From NCBI GenBank assembly GCA_013239625.1, contig MU055600.1, positions 5,211,338 to 5,275,337 on the forward strand: 64,000 nt of DNA, given 5' to 3'. Origin of the DNA: Lama guanicoe. Its lineage: Eukaryota. The translations under genes were made by a program, and so were the position numbers. The notes beneath the pieces are model-generated. The model was not told where the DNA came from and made no database searches. It saw nothing but the letters and a program-made list of their open reading frames with translations. Position 1 is the first letter of the stretch. Every line of letters starts with the position of its first letter. Positions 60,828-64,000 of the stretch are shown piece by piece.

Positions 60828-61985
60828 ACAGTCTACTCAAGCAATAGAAATAAAAGCAAGAATAAACAAATGGGACCTAATGAAACTTACAAGCTTCTGC
60901 AAAGCAAAGGAAACCATATGTAAAACAAAAAGACAACCTACAGAATGGGAGAAAATTTTTGCAAATTAAACCGACAACGGCTTAATCTCCAGAATATATA
61001 AGCAGCTCATATGATTTAGTAAGAAACAACCAAACAACCCAATCCAAAGATGGGCAAAAGNNNNNNNNNNNNNNNNNNNNNNNNNNNNNNNNNNNNNNNN
61101 NNNNNNNNNNNNNNNNNNNNNNNNNNNNNNNNNNNNNNNNNNNNNNNNNNNNNNNNNNNNNNNNNNNNNNNNNNNNNNNNNNNNNNNNNNNNNNNNNNNN
61201 NNNNNNNNNNNNNNNNNAAGACAAATGCTGGAGAGGCTGTGGAGAAAGGGGAACCCTCCTACACTGCTGGTGGCAATGCAGTTTGGTGCAGCCACTGTGG
61301 AAAACAGTGTGGAGATTCCTCAAAAGACTAGGAATAGACTTACCGTATGACCCAGGAATCCCACTCCTGGTCTTATATCCAAAAGGAATCCTACTTCAGG
61401 ATGACACCTGCACCCCAATGTTCATAGCAGAACTATTTACAATAGCCAAGACATGGAGACAGACTAAATGTCCATCAATGGAGGACTGGGTAAAGAAGAG
61501 GTGATATATTTATACAATGGAATACTACTCAGCCATAAAAACCAACAACATAGCGCCATTTGCAGCAACGTGGATGCTCCTGGAGAATGTCATTCTAAGT
61601 GAAGTAAGCCAGAAAGAGAAAGAAAAATACCATGTGAGATCACTCATATGTGGAATCTAAAAAAAAAAACACACACACACAAACAAAGCATAAATACAAA
61701 ACAGAAATAGACTCATAGACATAAAATACAAACTTGTGGTTGCCAAGGGGGTGGGGGGTGGGAAGGGATAGACTGGGATTTCAAAATTGTAGAATAGATA
61801 AACAAGATTATACTGTATAGCACAGGGAAATGTGTACAAGATTTTATGGTATCCCACAGAGAAAAAAAATGTGACAATGAATATATATATATATGTCCAT
61901 GTATAACTGAAAAATTGTGCTCTACATTGGAATTTGATACAACATTGTAAAATGATTATAAATCAACAAAAAATGTTAAAAAAAA
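60828..61985 (+). mobile_element. Young 5'-truncated L1 (dead ORF2 C-terminus, 3' UTR, poly-A) with 18-bp TSD
   Basis: Translates to [18 protein letters not shown]...[28 protein letters not shown]...YIYTMEYYSA...SLICGI*, the L1 ORF2 C-terminus, with premature stops (e.g. 61502-61504). TSD AATAGTGTGACTCC(A/G)TCA at 60810-60827 and 61986-62003; G-rich tract in the UTR at about 61747-61768. Confidence 0.96.
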
Positions 61986-62609
61986 AATAGTGTGACTCCG
62001 TCATCTAAAATAGAAGAAGACTAAGGGTTTTGAACAAGAACAGAGAGAGGCTGCCCAACTTCAGTAAAGGCAGATAAGCGCCATCATGTGGGTCCATTAA
62101 TACCAGCTGCCCGGAGCAGTGTTAGGAAGGCTGCTGAGGTCAGCATCAAGAGTGCTCTGTAACCTTCAGTACATCATAGCTATCATAGGCTGGGGTCCTG
62201 CGATTCCACCCCTGGGGATCCTGATTCTGTCTCGCTCAAGACCCCCTTACTGGCTAGCACATTTTTAGATGGTGATGAAAACTGAGTCCTTCGGCCCCTC
62301 CCGGCCTCTGATCTTTTTTTCCCGAGAGCATTCTGCTGACTTCAGGCCTCTATGCTCTTACCTTTCAGAGCATTTCTCTCCTATGTGGCTCATTCATTCT
62401 ATACTTTAATATAACTGCTTACTTTCCATTCATTTACCTTATAGGTATTTTTTTTTCTATAAATCTCCTAGAAAAGGATCTAAAGCCAAATTAAACCAAA
62501 CAAGAGTCAGAATATCGAAGCTAAATTATCTTTTGTGATGACTTGAAACTGTTTTTTTTTAGCTCATACAATTAATACTGCTTAATGTAAAAAATTTGAA
62601 TATAGAAAG

Positions 62610-62720
62610 TATGAAAACCAATATATGTGTATATATGCATGACTGGGACATTATGCTGCACACCAGAAACTGACACAGTGTAACTGACTACACTTCAGTA
62701 AAATACATAAATAAATAAAT
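62610..62720 (+). mobile_element. About 110-nt L1 3' tail
   Basis: gtatatatgcatgactgggacattatgctgcacaccagaaactgacac...cacttcagtaaaa(TAAA)n; same family as 51965 and 63332; TSD unclear. Confidence 0.85.
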
Positions 62721-63039
62721 AAAGTCTACTGAAGCAAGTGTTTACTACAATCCGCATCTACAAAAATAAGCGTTAGTAATATCATCTAACAATGTTTTCT
62801 TTATTTTTTCTATTAATATATGAAATTATTAAAGAGAGACTTTATATGTAATTTTGTTTTCTACACTTTTACATTCTGTCACAATAAAAATATTTCCCAC
62901 GGGTTTTATTCTGAAGCCTTTACAGGTATACTTTTAAATACCAGACTTCACATATTCATACAGAGTCTCGAGTCTCCCCACTAAAAAGGTTAACTTCTCT
63001 CAAGCCTCTTAATTTAATACATTGGTACCACAATCTGCT

Positions 63040-63750
63040 CACTAATGCTTGCCGCAGTTTGAGGCATCACCCATGAGCCTTTGTTGTCTCCTTCTATCCC
63101 AGGTGGTGAGATCACTAGCTCTAGAATGCATCCTGCATTTTACCCGTCTCCCTGCATCCCTGCCCCATCATCTCTGCCCTGGACCACATCGTTTTCCTCA
63201 ACTGGCCTCCCGACTCTGTCTTTCCCCTTGACCCCTCCAAAACCCATTCTCCACAGAGCAAACCTTAATATCTTCTTGATGAATTTCATCACATCTCTCC
63301 TCTGTTGAACACCCTCCAAACACTTCCCTTTTTTTTTTAATTGAAGTACTGTCAGTTGCAATGTGTCAATTTCTGGTGTGCAGCAATGCCCCAGACATGC
63401 ATATACACACATACACAACCACTTCCCTTTAGATGCAGAAAAAATCCACATTCCTCGCCATGCCCGATGAACCCCGTCATTCTCTCTGTGCCTGGCGACC
63501 ACGCTGCCTGTCTCCTAAAACTCTCACTCATTAACTAGAACTCTCACTCATTCGTTATCTGAAATGATCATACTGTTTGTTGATTTGTTGCCCACTTGCT
63601 TGTTTGTGTGTTTGCTGCCTGCTTCTTTCCACCAGATTATAAGCTCAGTCTCATGCCTGTGCCTGTCTGCTTGTGCCATATCTCCCCAGCCTTGAGTGGT
63701 GGCTGGCATATGGCTGGCACTCAACCAGCATTTGTTAAACGGATGAATAA
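63040..63750 (+). mobile_element. L2 3' region interrupted by an L1 tail
   Basis: caactggcctccc...cccattctccacagagca...catcacatctctcctctg...atctccccagccttgagtggtggctggcatatggctggcactcaa...gatgaat. Confidence 0.8.
63332..63419 (-). mobile_element. 88-nt L1 3' tail with 11-bp TSD
   Basis: CACTTCCCTTT at 63321-63331 and 63420-63430; body attgaagtactgtcagttgcaatgtgtcaatttctggtgtgcagc...catgcatatac. Confidence 0.88.
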
Positions 63751-64000
63751 TATTCCATGACAAATTGTTTCAGCTCTCCTTCAGTTTTAAAACATTTATC
63801 TGCTCAACACATTCCTTCGGCTTCAAAAGCATTGATGTATCTTGTAGCTTGATGATTCCTCTGGCCTGTCCGTATTCTCACCCATCTGGTCTCTGCAGCC
63901 CCCGTGCGTGGCATTTCGGGATCTGGGTCCACAGTGCCTTCCCTGGCTCCAGCTGGAAGTCTCCCTTCTGTCACCTCTCCTGCCAGGGCATTTTCACTGA

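Noticed and set aside
12787-61331. Long ORFs containing X runs
   Set aside because: Artefacts of reading through N gaps.
61283-61504. 73-aa ORF as a host gene
   Set aside because: It is the L1 ORF2 C-terminus cut by a premature stop inside a truncated L1.
63519-63552. AACTCTCACTCATT repeated at 20-bp spacing
   Set aside because: Ordinary small tandem duplication inside an L2; no poly(A) or element body.
1-64000. Naming the host gene
   Set aside because: The available peptides are too short for me to recognise; any symbol would be a guess.

Overview
Mammalian nuclear DNA, most likely camelid: it carries two copies of a tRNA-Ala-derived SINE of the Tylopoda Vic-1 type and cetartiodactyl-type L1 3' ends. 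The window looks almost entirely non-coding. It is probably the inside of one long intron that begins at a strong splice donor (AAG|GTAAGT) at 27/28. I could not identify the host gene. Most recognisable sequence is interspersed repeat: MIR, L2, old L1M, MLT1 and MER21 LTRs, MER5/MER58/MER91 DNA elements, young L1 3' fragments with target-site duplications (TSDs) and microsatellites. Ten N gaps total about 2.1 kb. The only ORF-track proteins I recognise are dead L1 ORF2 C-termini. I see no multi-gene or prokaryote-type system. The most interesting signals are a gapless 63-nt hairpin 200 nt into the intron, a ~190-bp palindromic MITE-like element, a target site hit twice (triplicated TSD), poly(A)-only and 34-nt retro-insertions, a recurring ~90-110-nt L1-tail element, a multibranch fold in unique sequence, and a candidate internal promoter with two candidate alternative first exons at 16.2-17.8 kb. 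Repeat subfamily names come from remembered consensus sequences. Boundaries of the old repeats are approximate (tens of bp).
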